The notes under the pieces: model-generated
Databases searched by the model: none
What the model was told of the DNA's origin: nothing
Seen by the model: only the letters and a program-made list of their open reading frames with translations
Part shown: piece after piece, positions 39,699 through 50,018 of the stretch
Numbering within the stretch: the stretch's first letter is position 1
Layout: each line of letters begins with the position of its first letter
Program-made: the position numbers and the translations under genes
Assembly (NCBI GenBank): GCA_963842815.1
Contig: CAWJHU010000003.1
Coordinates: forward strand, 27,683 to 91,682
Direction of reading: 5' to 3'
Length of the DNA stretch: 64,000 nucleotides
DNA from: Candidatus Nomurabacteria bacterium
Lineage (GTDB): Bacteria > Patescibacteriota > Minisyncoccia > Phycocordibacterales > UBA9973

Positions 39699-41882
39699 AT
39701 GGATGAGAGATTGCTAAAGCCCTACGACCCGAAAGGAACGGAAGACAAGATTTACAAACTCTGGGAAAAGAGTGGTTTTTTTAACCCTGATATTTGCATA
39801 GAAAAAGGAATAACTGAATCCGATGCTGAAGCCTTTTCCATAGTTCTTCCCCCGCCGAATGTCACTGGCAATCTGCACACTGGGCATGCGCTTATGCTCG
39901 TCATAGAAGACATAATGACTCGCTATGCTCGAATGCAAGGTAAAAAAACTCTTTGGCTTCCGGGCACGGACCATGCCGCCATTGCCACCCAGTCAAAAGT
40001 TGAAAAACTTTTAGAAAAAGAAGGTGTCCGAAAAAGTGAAATCGGACGAGAAGAATTTTTAAAACGAGTGGAAAAATATGCAAAAGATTCCCATGATATT
40101 ATCGTAAATCAAGCAAAAAAAATGGGAGCTTCTCTGGACTGGTCCCGAGAAGCATTTACCTTGGATGAAAAACGCAATGTTGCCGTAAAAACAGCTTTTA
40201 AACAAATGTATGACGACGGCCTTATTTACCGTGGAAATCGTATGGTAAATTGGGACCCCAAAGGCCAGACCGTTATTTCCGATGATGAAATAGTTTACGA
40301 AGAAAGAAAAAATAAATTTTATACTTTTAAATACGGCCCGTTTGAAATAAGCACAGTGCGCCCGGAAACAAAATTCGGCGACAAATACGTGGTAATGCAT
40401 CCGGATGACAAAAGATATAAAAAATGGAAAGATGGAGAAAAGATAAAACTTGAATGGATAAATGGTCCCATTGAAGCCACTGTTATAAAAGATGAAGTCA
40501 TTGATATGGAATTCGGAACCGGAGTAATGACCATCACTCCCTGGCATTCACATGAAGATTTTGCCATCGCGGAAAAACACAAACTTGATAAGGAACAAAT
40601 TATTGATAAATATGGAAGGCTACTCCCCATAGCTGGGGAATTCGCCGGAATGAAAATAGCCGACGCGCGTGAAAAAATTGTGGAGAAATTAAAAGCAAAG
40701 GGGTTGGTCGTGTCCATTGATGAAAATTATATAAACCGAGTGGCAACAGCGGAACGAAGTGGCGGGATGATTGAACCGCAAATAATGCTTCAATGGTTCA
40801 TAGACGTAAATAAGAAAATCCCCTCCCGTGACAATAAATCGCTCAAAGAATTGATGCTGGAACCGGTTCGGAAGGAAAAAATAAAAATTATTCCCAAACA
40901 TTTTGAGAAAGTTTATTTTAATTGGATTGAAAACCTGCGCGATTGGTGTATTTCTCGTCAAATCTGGTACGGACATAGAATTCCAGTGTGGTACCGCAAA
41001 GACGAGATTTATTGCGGGGTAGAAGCACCAAAAGGCGACGGCTGGGAACAAGACCCGGATACGTTGGACACTTGGTTTTCCTCCGGACTTTGGACTTTTT
41101 CTACTCTGGGTTGGCCAGAAAAAACAAAAGATTTAAAAACATATCATCCTACAACAGTACTTGAAACCGGACACGATATTTTGTTTTTTTGGATTGCAAG
41201 AATGATTTTAATGTCGCAATATTTGCTAGATGAAATACCTTTTAAAAATGTTTATTTGCATGGTATGGTTCGCGCTGCTGATGGTAAAAAAATGTCCAAA
41301 TCTCTGGGAGATAAAGCTATTGACCCACTGGATATTATTGAAAAATACGGTAATGATGCGCTTCGGTTGGCAATGATTGTGGGCAACACCCCAGGCAATG
41401 ATTTGAAGTTAAATGAAAATGACATCCGCGGTTATAAAAAATTCGCCAACAAGGTTTGGAATGCGTCACGTTTTGTTATTGAACAGACTAAAGATTTGGA
41501 CATTTCCAATCTGCCCGAATTGGATGAAGAAGACAAAAAAAGCAATGACCGGTTGCAGGCATTATTAACTGAAATTTCAAAAGAAATGGATGAATTCCGA
41601 TATTCCATCGTAGCGGAAAAACTTTATCACTATTTCTGGCATACTTTTGCCGACGTTATTATTGAAAGGTCAAAGGTTAAAATTTTGAAAAATCAAAATG
41701 CCTCTTCGGCTAAAACCCTTCTTTATACTCATTTGAATACTCTTTTAAAGATTCTTCATCCCTTCATTCCTTTCGTCACCGAAGAAATCTGGTCAATGTT
41801 CCCCCAAAAAAATAAAAATCTTTTATTGGTAGAAAAATGGCCCGTCGGTTCCATTCAGAGCAACTCTCAAAAAATCAAATGA
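39699..41882 (+). CDS. valS: Valyl-tRNA synthetase lacking the C-terminal coiled coil
   Basis: PPPNVTGNLHTGH, DWCISRQ, KMSKS. Confidence 0.97.
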   Translation: MDERLLKPYDPKGTEDKIYKLWEKSGFFNPDICIEKGITESDAEAFSIVLPPPNVTGNLHTGHALMLVIEDIMTRYARMQGKKTLWLPGTDHAAIATQSKVEKLLEKEGVRKSEIGREEFLKRVEKYAKDSHDIIVNQAKKMGASLDWSREAFTLDEKRNVAVKTAFKQMYDDGLIYRGNRMVNWDPKGQTVISDDEIVYEERKNKFYTFKYGPFEISTVRPETKFGDKYVVMHPDDKRYKKWKDGEKIKLEWINGPIEATVIKDEVIDMEFGTGVMTITPWHSHEDFAIAEKHKLDKEQIIDKYGRLLPIAGEFAGMKIADAREKIVEKLKAKGLVVSIDENYINRVATAERSGGMIEPQIMLQWFIDVNKKIPSRDNKSLKELMLEPVRKEKIKIIPKHFEKVYFNWIENLRDWCISRQIWYGHRIPVWYRKDEIYCGVEAPKGDGWEQDPDTLDTWFSSGLWTFSTLGWPEKTKDLKTYHPTTVLETGHDILFFWIARMILMSQYLLDEIPFKNVYLHGMVRAADGKKMSKSLGDKAIDPLDIIEKYGNDALRLAMIVGNTPGNDLKLNENDIRGYKKFANKVWNASRFVIEQTKDLDISNLPELDEEDKKSNDRLQALLTEISKEMDEFRYSIVAEKLYHYFWHTFADVIIERSKVKILKNQNASSAKTLLYTHLNTLLKILHPFIPFVTEEIWSMFPQKNKNLLLVEKWPVGSIQSNSQKIK

Positions 41883-42568
41883 CTAACGACCCGAAAATTT
41901 TAGCTTTGGCGCTTTTGGGCGGAATTGCTCCGGCTCTTTTTTGGCTTTGGTTTTGGCTCAGAGAAGATAAAGAAAAACCTGAACCCATAGGCCTTATAAT
42001 TTCAATATTTATCATTGGAATGATTTGCGTTATTTTTGTCATACCGGCCGAAAAATTCATCCAAAATAATGTGGCTTCAAACGGATGGCGAATCATCAGC
42101 TGGGCAAGCGTGGAAGAATTGATAAAATACCTGGGCGTGGTGATTATTCTTTATAAAACAAACCGCGTCCAAAAACCCATAGATTGGCCGATTTTCTTGA
42201 TTACTGTCGCTTTGGGATTCGCAGCCCTTGAAAATACCCTGTATTTAATCAAGCCTCTCTCTCTAAACAATGCCACGGTGGGCCTACTTACCGGCCAACT
42301 TAGATTTTTGGGGTCTACTCTTCTTCATGCCGTATCAACCGGAATTGTCGGCATAGCCATAGGCCTCTCTTTTTATATGAGAAAGTTTTTTGAAGAAATA
42401 TACCTTGTTTTAGGCCTTTTACTGGCTATCGCCTTGCATAGTACCTTTAATTTTTTTATAATGGAGAATAGCGGAACTAATTATTTAAGTGTGCTAGGTT
42501 TCCTCTGGGTCGTTACAATTATTATTATGTTACTTTTTGAAAAATTAAGAAGAATGAGTTTAAATTAA
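41879..42568 (+). CDS. PrsW-family intramembrane protease
   Basis: EKPEP, VEELIK, GFAALEN, LLH, LHSTFN. Confidence 0.9.
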   Translation: MTNDPKILALALLGGIAPALFWLWFWLREDKEKPEPIGLIISIFIIGMICVIFVIPAEKFIQNNVASNGWRIISWASVEELIKYLGVVIILYKTNRVQKPIDWPIFLITVALGFAALENTLYLIKPLSLNNATVGLLTGQLRFLGSTLLHAVSTGIVGIAIGLSFYMRKFFEEIYLVLGLLLAIALHSTFNFFIMENSGTNYLSVLGFLWVVTIIIMLLFEKLRRMSLN

Positions 42569-42570
42569 TT

Positions 42571-43044
42571 ATGAATACACAAAATAAAAAAAGAAGTTTT
42601 TTTGACAGATTGACAGGAAGCATTCGCAGCGAGGAAGATGATGAAGAAATAAAAAATATATCCGTTAAGGGAGATAAAAAAAACGGCAATGGCTGGATGG
42701 AAGAAGAAAATGAAGAACTGGAACTTACGGTGGACGTTTATCAAACACCGACAGACATTATAGTGCAAACCATGGTTGCCGGAGTTAAGCCGGAAGATTT
42801 AGAGCTTACCATTGCCAGAGACATGATTACCATCAGAGGCAAAAGAGAAGAAAATAGGAACATAGATGAAGAAAATTATTTTATTAAAGAGCTTTATTGG
42901 GGAAAGTTTTCTCGTACAATATCTCTGCCCATAGAAGTGGAACCGGAAGAAGTGGAAGCTACCGAAAGACACGGATTGTTGACTATAAAAATACAAAAAG
43001 TGGATAAAGAAAAAAAGAATGTCATTAAGGTAAAATCTATTTAG
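42571..43044 (+). CDS. Hsp20 small heat-shock protein
   Basis: VDVYQT, AGVKPEDL, GKFSRTISLP, GLLTI. Confidence 0.92.
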   Translation: MNTQNKKRSFFDRLTGSIRSEEDDEEIKNISVKGDKKNGNGWMEEENEELELTVDVYQTPTDIIVQTMVAGVKPEDLELTIARDMITIRGKREENRNIDEENYFIKELYWGKFSRTISLPIEVEPEEVEATERHGLLTIKIQKVDKEKKNVIKVKSI

Positions 43045-43057
43045 AAAGTTTACTTTG

Positions 43058-43129
43058 TGCCTGGGGGCAGAATCGCACTGCCGACCTATCCCTCTTCAGG
43101 GGAGAGCTCTACTACTGAGCTACCCAGGC
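43058..43129 (-). tRNA. tRNA-Phe(GAA) with atypical D and T loops
   Basis: GCCTGGG..CCCAGGC-A; anticodon loop CTGAAGA. Confidence 0.88.
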
Positions 43130-43140
43130 GTGTTTTTGTT

Positions 43141-43407
43141 TTATAATTTCTTTAATAAATCTTGCAGCGGACTGCTGTTTACTTTCTGCTGTATACCGGT
43201 AACTGAATTATACAAATCCGCTATCTTGCTTAAATACGGGTCCAGAAAATAAAAGGATCCAAAAGCAATTCCCAGTATCAAAAGATATTTCAACACTTGC
43301 CATAGGGTTGACCTTTTTTGAACGCCTCTGATTTTGTGAAGCAATTTATTGTTTTCTTCGGCCAGTGCCAACGTATTTTGAAGCAATTGCTTTGACTCAG
43401 GATCCAT
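43141..43407 (-). CDS. Hypothetical single-TM protein
   Basis: 88-aa ORF; TGn-TAATAT 6 nt before the ATG. Confidence 0.75.
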   Translation of the reverse strand: MDPESKQLLQNTLALAEENNKLLHKIRGVQKRSTLWQVLKYLLILGIAFGSFYFLDPYLSKIADLYNSVTGIQQKVNSSPLQDLLKKL

Positions 43408-43512
43408 AGAAATATATTATCATAGACAAACAAAAAAACCAATTCACTCCGCCGTGGCGTGGGTTTTTAAATTTTGGCTTTTTGTGTTAAATTATAAGAG
43501 TTCATAATTTAA

Positions 43513-43584
43513 GTCCTCGTAGTTCAATGGATAGAATAGCTCACTCCTAACGAGCTGATCCAGGTTCGACTCCCGGCGAGGACA
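43513..43584 (+). tRNA. tRNA-Arg(CCT)
   Basis: GTCCTCG..CGAGGAC-A; anticodon loop CTCCTAA. Confidence 0.9.
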
Positions 43585-43586
43585 CA

Positions 43587-43823
43587 CTAAATAAGCCCTA
43601 GTGCCTTAGCTATTTCCGGTTTATCGAAGCCCACAATAAGCTTCTCCCCTATTATAATAACAGGCACGCCCATTTGCCCGCTTTTGCTTATCATTTCTTT
43701 TCTTTTTTCAATGTCGCTGGCCACATTGTACTCCGTATATGCTACATTATTCGCTTTGAAAAAGTCTTTAGCCATTTGGCAAAAGTGGCAGGACGGTGTG
43801 GAATAAATCACTACATTTTTCAT
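43587..43823 (-). CDS. Glutaredoxin/NrdH-like protein
   Basis: YSTPSCHFC, GQMGVPVI, VGFD. Confidence 0.92.
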   Translation of the reverse strand: MKNVVIYSTPSCHFCQMAKDFFKANNVAYTEYNVASDIEKRKEMISKSGQMGVPVIIIGEKLIVGFDKPEIAKALGLI

Positions 43824-43892
43824 AATGTTTTTAAATTATATTAAATTATTAATTACTTATATTATAGCATACGCGTCAAGCGACACAAAATG

Positions 43893-43963
43893 TGCGGCCG
43901 GCGAGAATCGAACTCGCGCCCGATGCTTGGGAAGCACCAGTTCTACCACTAAACTACGACCGC
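43893..43963 (-). tRNA. tRNA-Gly(CCC)
   Basis: GCGGTCG..CGGCCGC-A; anticodon loop TTCCCAA. Confidence 0.93.
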
Positions 43964-44106
43964 GCATATAAAATATATCGTTATTCCCCCTTTTGAGCAA
44001 GTTCTTGCTTTTTTGTTTATTTTGTTGTAGTCTATCATCAGAAATAAAGAAATCGACCAACTTTTTGAATTAGTACCTTTTTAAAACCATATATAAGGAG
44101 AAAAAA

Positions 44107-44493
44107 ATGTCGCCTAGTAAACCAAAAATGTGGGAAATAAAAAAATTCTATTTCCTGGGAGTGGATAATGAGTTGGGAAAAATTATCCCGGCTGTTATTA
44201 AAAGGGGCAGAGAAGAAGAGGTTATTGTGGTCTCCGAAGAGAACAAGATTTTTCTTACAAAAATTTGGTATCTTTTGGGAATAGAAAATGCCAAAATAAG
44301 CAGTTTCGTCGGAAATATGAATTTAAAGAAAAATATTGTCTCAAACCTTTTTAAACTCTCTGAAAAACCAATACACGTTTATTCTGTAGACGAATTGGAA
44401 AAGCTTTATCGGGAGGAAAAGGGCTGCTTCCAATGGAAAACTCCTGTGATGGAAGAAGAAAAAAATCTTATCTTCATTGTGCCTATAGTTTAG
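44107..44493 (+). CDS. Orphan 128-aa protein (cassette 11)
   Basis: TTGCTT(44005)-17-TAGTCT, AAGGAG SD, terminator 44503-44541. Confidence 0.65.
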   Translation: MSPSKPKMWEIKKFYFLGVDNELGKIIPAVIKRGREEEVIVVSEENKIFLTKIWYLLGIENAKISSFVGNMNLKKNIVSNLFKLSEKPIHVYSVDELEKLYREEKGCFQWKTPVMEEEKNLIFIVPIV

Positions 44494-44555
44494 TAAAAAA
44501 ACAAAAAGGTTATTGCTAGTTTACCGGTAATAACCTTTTTTATTTACAAAATTTC

Positions 44556-44876
44556 TTATAGATGCTTCTTTAAATGTTTCCAGGAAGCATGGGCTTCTTT
44601 GGCCATCTTTCTTAAATCTTCCGCATCAAATTTCCCGGTTTTGTTATAGTCGGCTAAGGCTTTGTTTATGAATATTTTATATTCTTTTTCCCCCATTTCT
44701 TTGGCATTTTTCAATTTCGGGGCGACTGTTTTATAAAAATCTGCCAATTTGGCTTTCACTTCCCCTCTTACCTCTTTCCCTGTTTTTGATTCGGCAAAAA
44801 TTCCCGCCGCCACTCCCAAGGCCGCTCCGATTAATGCACCATTTAAAAATTTAGAACTTTTATTTGTCTTTTTCAT
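44556..44876 (-). CDS. YtxH-like protein
   Basis: FLNGALIGAALGVAAGIFAESKTGKEVR. Confidence 0.8.
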   Translation of the reverse strand: MKKTNKSSKFLNGALIGAALGVAAGIFAESKTGKEVRGEVKAKLADFYKTVAPKLKNAKEMGEKEYKIFINKALADYNKTGKFDAEDLRKMAKEAHASWKHLKKHL

Positions 44877-45087
44877 AATTTTTATTTTTACTAAATGAAT
44901 TGATAATTTTTTTTATGTTCCTTTTTGTCCTATGATAAGTCTGGCTGACATCGTCCGTGATATTGCGGGTATTTCTTAAAATACAGATTAAATAATATAT
45001 CAGAATAACAAGCAATAGGCCTATAACTATTATCACAAGCGAAGAAACTATATAGAAAATTGTTTGGGATATTATAAGCGTGCTCAT
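44860..45087 (-). CDS. Small membrane protein upstream of the YtxH-like gene
   Basis: Long TM segment followed by a polar helix. Confidence 0.7.
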   Translation of the reverse strand: MSTLIISQTIFYIVSSLVIIVIGLLLVILIYYLICILRNTRNITDDVSQTYHRTKRNIKKIINSFSKNKNYEKDK

Positions 45088-47486
45088 TGATTTTTACTGA
45101 GAGACATAATAATTTTAATAACCGTGTCGGGATTGAGAGACATACTTTCTATCCCCTCATTTACCAAAAATTGCGCAAAATCAGGATAGTCCGACGGGGC
45201 TTGTCCGCAAATGCCGATATATTTCTTCTTTTCCCTGCATTTATGAATAATTTCGGCTATAAATTTTTTCACCGCTCCATTATTTTCATTGGCAATGTGC
45301 GTGACAATGCCGGAATCGCGGTCCAAGCCCAAGGTAAGCTGGGTCAAGTCATTGGAACCGATGGACATACCGTCAAAAATTTCCAGAAATTCATCCGCCA
45401 GAAGAATGTTTGAAGGAATTTCGCACATTACATAGACTTTCAGACTCTGGTCCTTGGCGCGGTCCAATCCGTGTTCTTTCATCACTTCAATCACCTGTTG
45501 GGCTTCTTCCGGAGTTCGGCAAAAAGGAATCATTGGGATAACATTGGTAAAACCCATTTCCTCCCGCACTCTTTTCATCGCTTTGCACTCAAGGCCGAAA
45601 GCCACTTTGAATTTTGGGTCATAATAACGAGAAGCTCCGCGCCAGCCCAACATTGGATTCTCTTCATGGGGCTCATAGAGCTCCCCACCGATAAGGGTGC
45701 GGTATTCATTGGTTTTGAAATCAGAAAAACGAATGATAACATCGTGCGGATAAAATGTAGCGCCGATTTTGGCAATCCCTAGGGCAAGATTATCAACATA
45801 ATATTGCGATTTATCTTTATAAAGAGGCGCTAAATTATCAATTTCTTTAAGGACCTTTTTTATGTAAGGGGTTTTCTTCCCTTCTTTTAATTTTTTATAA
45901 TCAATTAAAGCATTCGGATGAAGGCGAATGTGTGAAGCAATAATAAATTCCAATCTGCCCAAGCCGACTCCCTGCGCCGGAAGGTTGTGATTTTTAAAAG
46001 CTTCATCCGGAGAACCGATATTAACCATAATTTTTGTATTTACCTTTGGTATTTTATCCAGATGATGTTCAATTATCTTAAACGGAATTACGCCGTCATA
46101 GACGTTGCCAACCTGGCTGGAAGCATCCACCGTTACCCCATTCCCATTTTTTAATACTTTGGTAGCATTATTAGAACCGACAATACAAGGAATACCCAAT
46201 TCACGCGAAACAATGGCAGCGTGCGAAGTGCGTCCGCCCTTATCCGTGACTATGGCGCTGGCAATTTTCATAATCGGTTCCCAATCCGGGTCGGTGATTT
46301 CGGTGACTAGTATCTCCCCTTTTTTGAATTGATTGATATTTTTGGCGCTGCGCAAGATACGAACATTTCCATTGCCAATCTTTGAACCCACAGCAATTCC
46401 ACTTACCAGTATCTTGCCTTTTTTTTCCAATTGATATTCTTTCAGCACATTTTTATCCTCTCCGGAAATAACCGTTTCCGGACGAGCCTGTACAATAAAA
46501 AGTTCATTGGTTTTTCCATCTTTAGCCCATTCAATATCCATGGGCTGATAATGATTGTGCTTTTTGGAAAAATATTTTTCTATTTCGTAACACCATTTGG
46601 CAAGTTTTATGGCTTCCTCGTCCGTCAAACAGAATTTCTGCTGGTCCGACAATGGAACGTTTTCTTTTTTAGTGCCATCTTTCGCATAAACCAATTTAAT
46701 ATTTTTCTTGCCGATATTTTTGCCGATGATTGGATTCTTGCCATTCTCAAGCGAAGGCTTAAAAATTATAAATTCATCCGGAATAACTTCCCCCTGCACG
46801 ATAAATTCTCCCAAGCCATAGATGCCATTTATTATTACAACTTTATCAAAACCTGTTTCCGTATCAATGGTAAACGCTACACCTGAGGATGCTTTATCGG
46901 AGCGCACCATACATTGAATACCCACAGAAAGAGCCGTATCAAAATGCGAAAATCCTTTGTCCGCCCGATAGGAAATAGCCCTGTCGGTAAAAAGCGAAGC
47001 AATGCATTTTTTGGTGGCAAGAAGCACATTGTCAACGCCATGCACATTCAGAAATGTTTCCTGTTGTCCGGCAAAAGAAGCGCCCGGCAAGTCTTCGGCG
47101 GTGGCAGAAGAACGGACGGCCACATCTCTGTTTTTGCCATATTTTTTTTCTAAATCTTCATAGGCTTTAGTAATCACATCATCCAGGTCCTGCGGTAAAT
47201 CGGCTTTTAAAATCGCTTCCCGAACTTTTTTCCCGCGAATTTGCAGATTGCGGATATCTTTGGTGTTCAAGTCGGAAAGAATTTTTTTTATTTCTTCATC
47301 CAGACCCGTGTTTTTAAAAAAATGACGATAGGCGTCCGCAGTCAAAGCAAAACCGTCCGGCACATTCACGCCCAGAGGCACTAGATTTGAATACATTTCT
47401 CCCAGGGCAGCATTTTTCCCGCCCACTATCGGGACATCTTCAATTCTTACTTCGCTGAACCATTTTACGAAATTATTTTCTGTCAT
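45084..47486 (-). CDS. ppsA: Phosphoenolpyruvate synthase (pyruvate,water dikinase)
   Basis: VGGKNAALGEM, AVRSSATAEDL, GGRTSHAAI, SIGSNDLTQL. Confidence 0.98.
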   Translation of the reverse strand: MTENNFVKWFSEVRIEDVPIVGGKNAALGEMYSNLVPLGVNVPDGFALTADAYRHFFKNTGLDEEIKKILSDLNTKDIRNLQIRGKKVREAILKADLPQDLDDVITKAYEDLEKKYGKNRDVAVRSSATAEDLPGASFAGQQETFLNVHGVDNVLLATKKCIASLFTDRAISYRADKGFSHFDTALSVGIQCMVRSDKASSGVAFTIDTETGFDKVVIINGIYGLGEFIVQGEVIPDEFIIFKPSLENGKNPIIGKNIGKKNIKLVYAKDGTKKENVPLSDQQKFCLTDEEAIKLAKWCYEIEKYFSKKHNHYQPMDIEWAKDGKTNELFIVQARPETVISGEDKNVLKEYQLEKKGKILVSGIAVGSKIGNGNVRILRSAKNINQFKKGEILVTEITDPDWEPIMKIASAIVTDKGGRTSHAAIVSRELGIPCIVGSNNATKVLKNGNGVTVDASSQVGNVYDGVIPFKIIEHHLDKIPKVNTKIMVNIGSPDEAFKNHNLPAQGVGLGRLEFIIASHIRLHPNALIDYKKLKEGKKTPYIKKVLKEIDNLAPLYKDKSQYYVDNLALGIAKIGATFYPHDVIIRFSDFKTNEYRTLIGGELYEPHEENPMLGWRGASRYYDPKFKVAFGLECKAMKRVREEMGFTNVIPMIPFCRTPEEAQQVIEVMKEHGLDRAKDQSLKVYVMCEIPSNILLADEFLEIFDGMSIGSNDLTQLTLGLDRDSGIVTHIANENNGAVKKFIAEIIHKCREKKKYIGICGQAPSDYPDFAQFLVNEGIESMSLNPDTVIKIIMSLSKNQ

Positions 47487-47517
47487 ATGTGATTATTATA
47501 GCACAACTTATAACAAA

Positions 47518-48738
47518 TTATTCTTCAGAAATTTTAATTAATCTGTCGTATTTGACCTTTCTTTCGGGTTTTAATGGAGCGCCAGACTTGAGGCCAAAAC
47601 AACCGAAAGCATAGGCCAGGTCAGCAATAAAATCATCATTGGTTTCCCCGCTTCGGTGGCTGACTATCAATTCAATGCCATTTTCGCGGGCTAATTTCAT
47701 TGTTTGAAGTGTCTCCGTAAGCGTGCCAATTTGATTCGGTTTAATAATCATCCCATTTATACTGTCATTTTCTATCGCTTTTTCCAAAAGATTTTTATTG
47801 GTAACTGTTAAATCATCCCCGACAACCAAAAGATTTTCGTTTATTTCTTTTAAGTTTTTAAAACTGCCAAAATCTTCCTCATCAAAAGGGTCTTCAATGG
47901 AAAGCAAGTTAAACTTAACAATCAAAGAATTATAAATATTCATCAGTTCTTCTTTGGAAATTTCTTTATTATTAATTTTATATTTTTCGTTATCATAAAA
48001 AGACGAAGATGCCACGTCCAGGGCTAATCTAACTTTATCCACAAGATTATTTTGCCTTATGGCTTCTTTTAAATATTGAAGCGGTTTTTCAACATCGATT
48101 ATTTGAGGCGCGAAACCTCCTTCATCGCCCAGCACAAGAGATTCTTCCCCTAATTCTCCGCCAATAATTTCTTTCAGCGTATTTTGTATTTTAATTCCCA
48201 TATCAACTGCCTCCGTAATGTTTTCCGTACTCGGTACAACGTGATATTCCTGAAAAGCTAAATTGTTTTGGGCGTGCTTTCCACCATTTATTAAATTCAT
48301 ATATAAATGAGGAACTTTTCTGGAGGGTTTTATTTTGGCAAGTGTTCTTAAATATTCAAAAGTTTCCAAACTGGAAACTTCCGCCGCCATCTTGGCGCAG
48401 GCAATACTGACGCCAATCATAGAATTTCCACCCAGGTTGTCTTTATTGGGCGTGCCATCCAATTTAATCATAATCCCATCAATCACTTCTTGGTTTAAAA
48501 CATTCTGTCCAACCAGCGCCGGAGCAATTATGTTATTTACTTTTCCCATGGCTTTTCTCACTCCTTTTCCATCATCATCGCGAAGCTCATGCGCTTCATG
48601 AGCTCCTGTGGATGCGCCGGACGGCACGGAAAAACTGCCGGATTTATTCCCAACCCAAACTATGACTTTAATAGTCGGATTCCCCCGCGAATCCTTTATT
48701 TCTTCAGCTATTATTTTTGTGATTTTATTATCCATCAT
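47518..48738 (-). CDS. eno: Enolase
   Basis: DSRGNPT, VPSGASTG, GDEGGF, SHRSGET. Confidence 0.96.
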   Translation of the reverse strand: MMDNKITKIIAEEIKDSRGNPTIKVIVWVGNKSGSFSVPSGASTGAHEAHELRDDDGKGVRKAMGKVNNIIAPALVGQNVLNQEVIDGIMIKLDGTPNKDNLGGNSMIGVSIACAKMAAEVSSLETFEYLRTLAKIKPSRKVPHLYMNLINGGKHAQNNLAFQEYHVVPSTENITEAVDMGIKIQNTLKEIIGGELGEESLVLGDEGGFAPQIIDVEKPLQYLKEAIRQNNLVDKVRLALDVASSSFYDNEKYKINNKEISKEELMNIYNSLIVKFNLLSIEDPFDEEDFGSFKNLKEINENLLVVGDDLTVTNKNLLEKAIENDSINGMIIKPNQIGTLTETLQTMKLARENGIELIVSHRSGETNDDFIADLAYAFGCFGLKSGAPLKPERKVKYDRLIKISEE

Positions 48739-50012
48739 TTCTTCGTTAAAAGAATCATTAGGTCTGAAACATTAGCGCCAGTCGGACCGGTTATAATCAT
48801 ATCACCGGATTTTTGGAAAAAATCATAAGAATCAAAGCGATTCAAATAATCATCTATATTCAAACCCAATTTTTCTGCTTTTTCCATGGTATTTTTATCA
48901 ATTATTGCTCCAGCCACATCGCTGTTGTCCATTCCATCCGAAGCAAAAGAAATAAAAACAGAATTTTTGTCTATTAATTTATCTTTAATGGCGGAAAGTC
49001 CCATATGAAGATTCCTTCCCCCTTTTCCATTTTTTTTCTTGACTTCTATACGGGGTTCACCAGCAGCCAAAATGACAATGCCATCTTTTCCAGCGGAAAA
49101 TATCTCTTTTAGCGTTTTATCTACCTCGTCATACAATTCGGTTGAAACAATGCTTGCTCCCAAATTGAATTCCTGCGCTTTTTTTGCCATTGCTTCTACG
49201 GCGGTTTTATTGGAAACAAGAACAAAATTGTAAACCTTATCAAAATATTTGTCTTCTTTGGGTGTTTCTATCAATTTGAATTCTCCCAGATTGTTTTGAG
49301 CGATAATTTTCTGTGCGCCAACAACAGTACTGTTATCTTTATAGGTCGGCCCGGAAGCCACATCCCCAAAGACATCCCCGGGAACATCCGAAAAAATAAG
49401 GCCAATAATTGTTGCCGGATATGCCATTTTTGCCAAACCCCCGCCTTTTAAAAGAGACAGATGTTTTCGCACCGTATTGGTTTCAACTATTGTTTCATTG
49501 GATTTTAAAGAAGCGTCGTAAAGTTTCGCCCCTTGGATATATTCGCTTTCAGGATAGCAAAGAAGGGCCGAACCTCCGCCAGAAACCAGAACGATAATTA
49601 AATCGTCTGTACCTGAATTTTCTATTATCTGAACAATTTTTTTACTGGCTAAAAAATTCGCCTCCGATGGTCTTGGGTGTGTTCCCGTAAAAGTCTCAAT
49701 GTATTTGGTAGAAATTTTATTCAGACCAATAACGGCCCCTCCGCTGATTCTTTCCGGCCCTAAAATTTTTTCCAACGCCAAAGCCGCCTCGCAGGAAGAT
49801 TTGCCGAAACCGACAACTTTTATCTTTTTATACTTAGTCAGATTAAAAGGCTTCCCTTTTACAAATAAAATACTGCCCACCACGGACACTGAAGACTCCA
49901 TAATTTTCTCGGTATTTATGGCATCAAGCCCGGTTTCCATTATTTCCAATGCCATTTTACGATTTGAAGTTACGGCAAGTTCGTCAAAATTTTTAATCCG
50001 GCGTTTTTCCAT
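48735..50012 (-). CDS. Glycerate 2-kinase (MOFRL family)
   Basis: GFGK, HPRP, SGGGSAL, SDVPGD, GGRN, TGPTGANVSD. Confidence 0.92.
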   Translation of the reverse strand: MEKRRIKNFDELAVTSNRKMALEIMETGLDAINTEKIMESSVSVVGSILFVKGKPFNLTKYKKIKVVGFGKSSCEAALALEKILGPERISGGAVIGLNKISTKYIETFTGTHPRPSEANFLASKKIVQIIENSGTDDLIIVLVSGGGSALLCYPESEYIQGAKLYDASLKSNETIVETNTVRKHLSLLKGGGLAKMAYPATIIGLIFSDVPGDVFGDVASGPTYKDNSTVVGAQKIIAQNNLGEFKLIETPKEDKYFDKVYNFVLVSNKTAVEAMAKKAQEFNLGASIVSTELYDEVDKTLKEIFSAGKDGIVILAAGEPRIEVKKKNGKGGRNLHMGLSAIKDKLIDKNSVFISFASDGMDNSDVAGAIIDKNTMEKAEKLGLNIDDYLNRFDSYDFFQKSGDMIITGPTGANVSDLMILLTKK

Positions 50013-50018
50013 ATTTTT

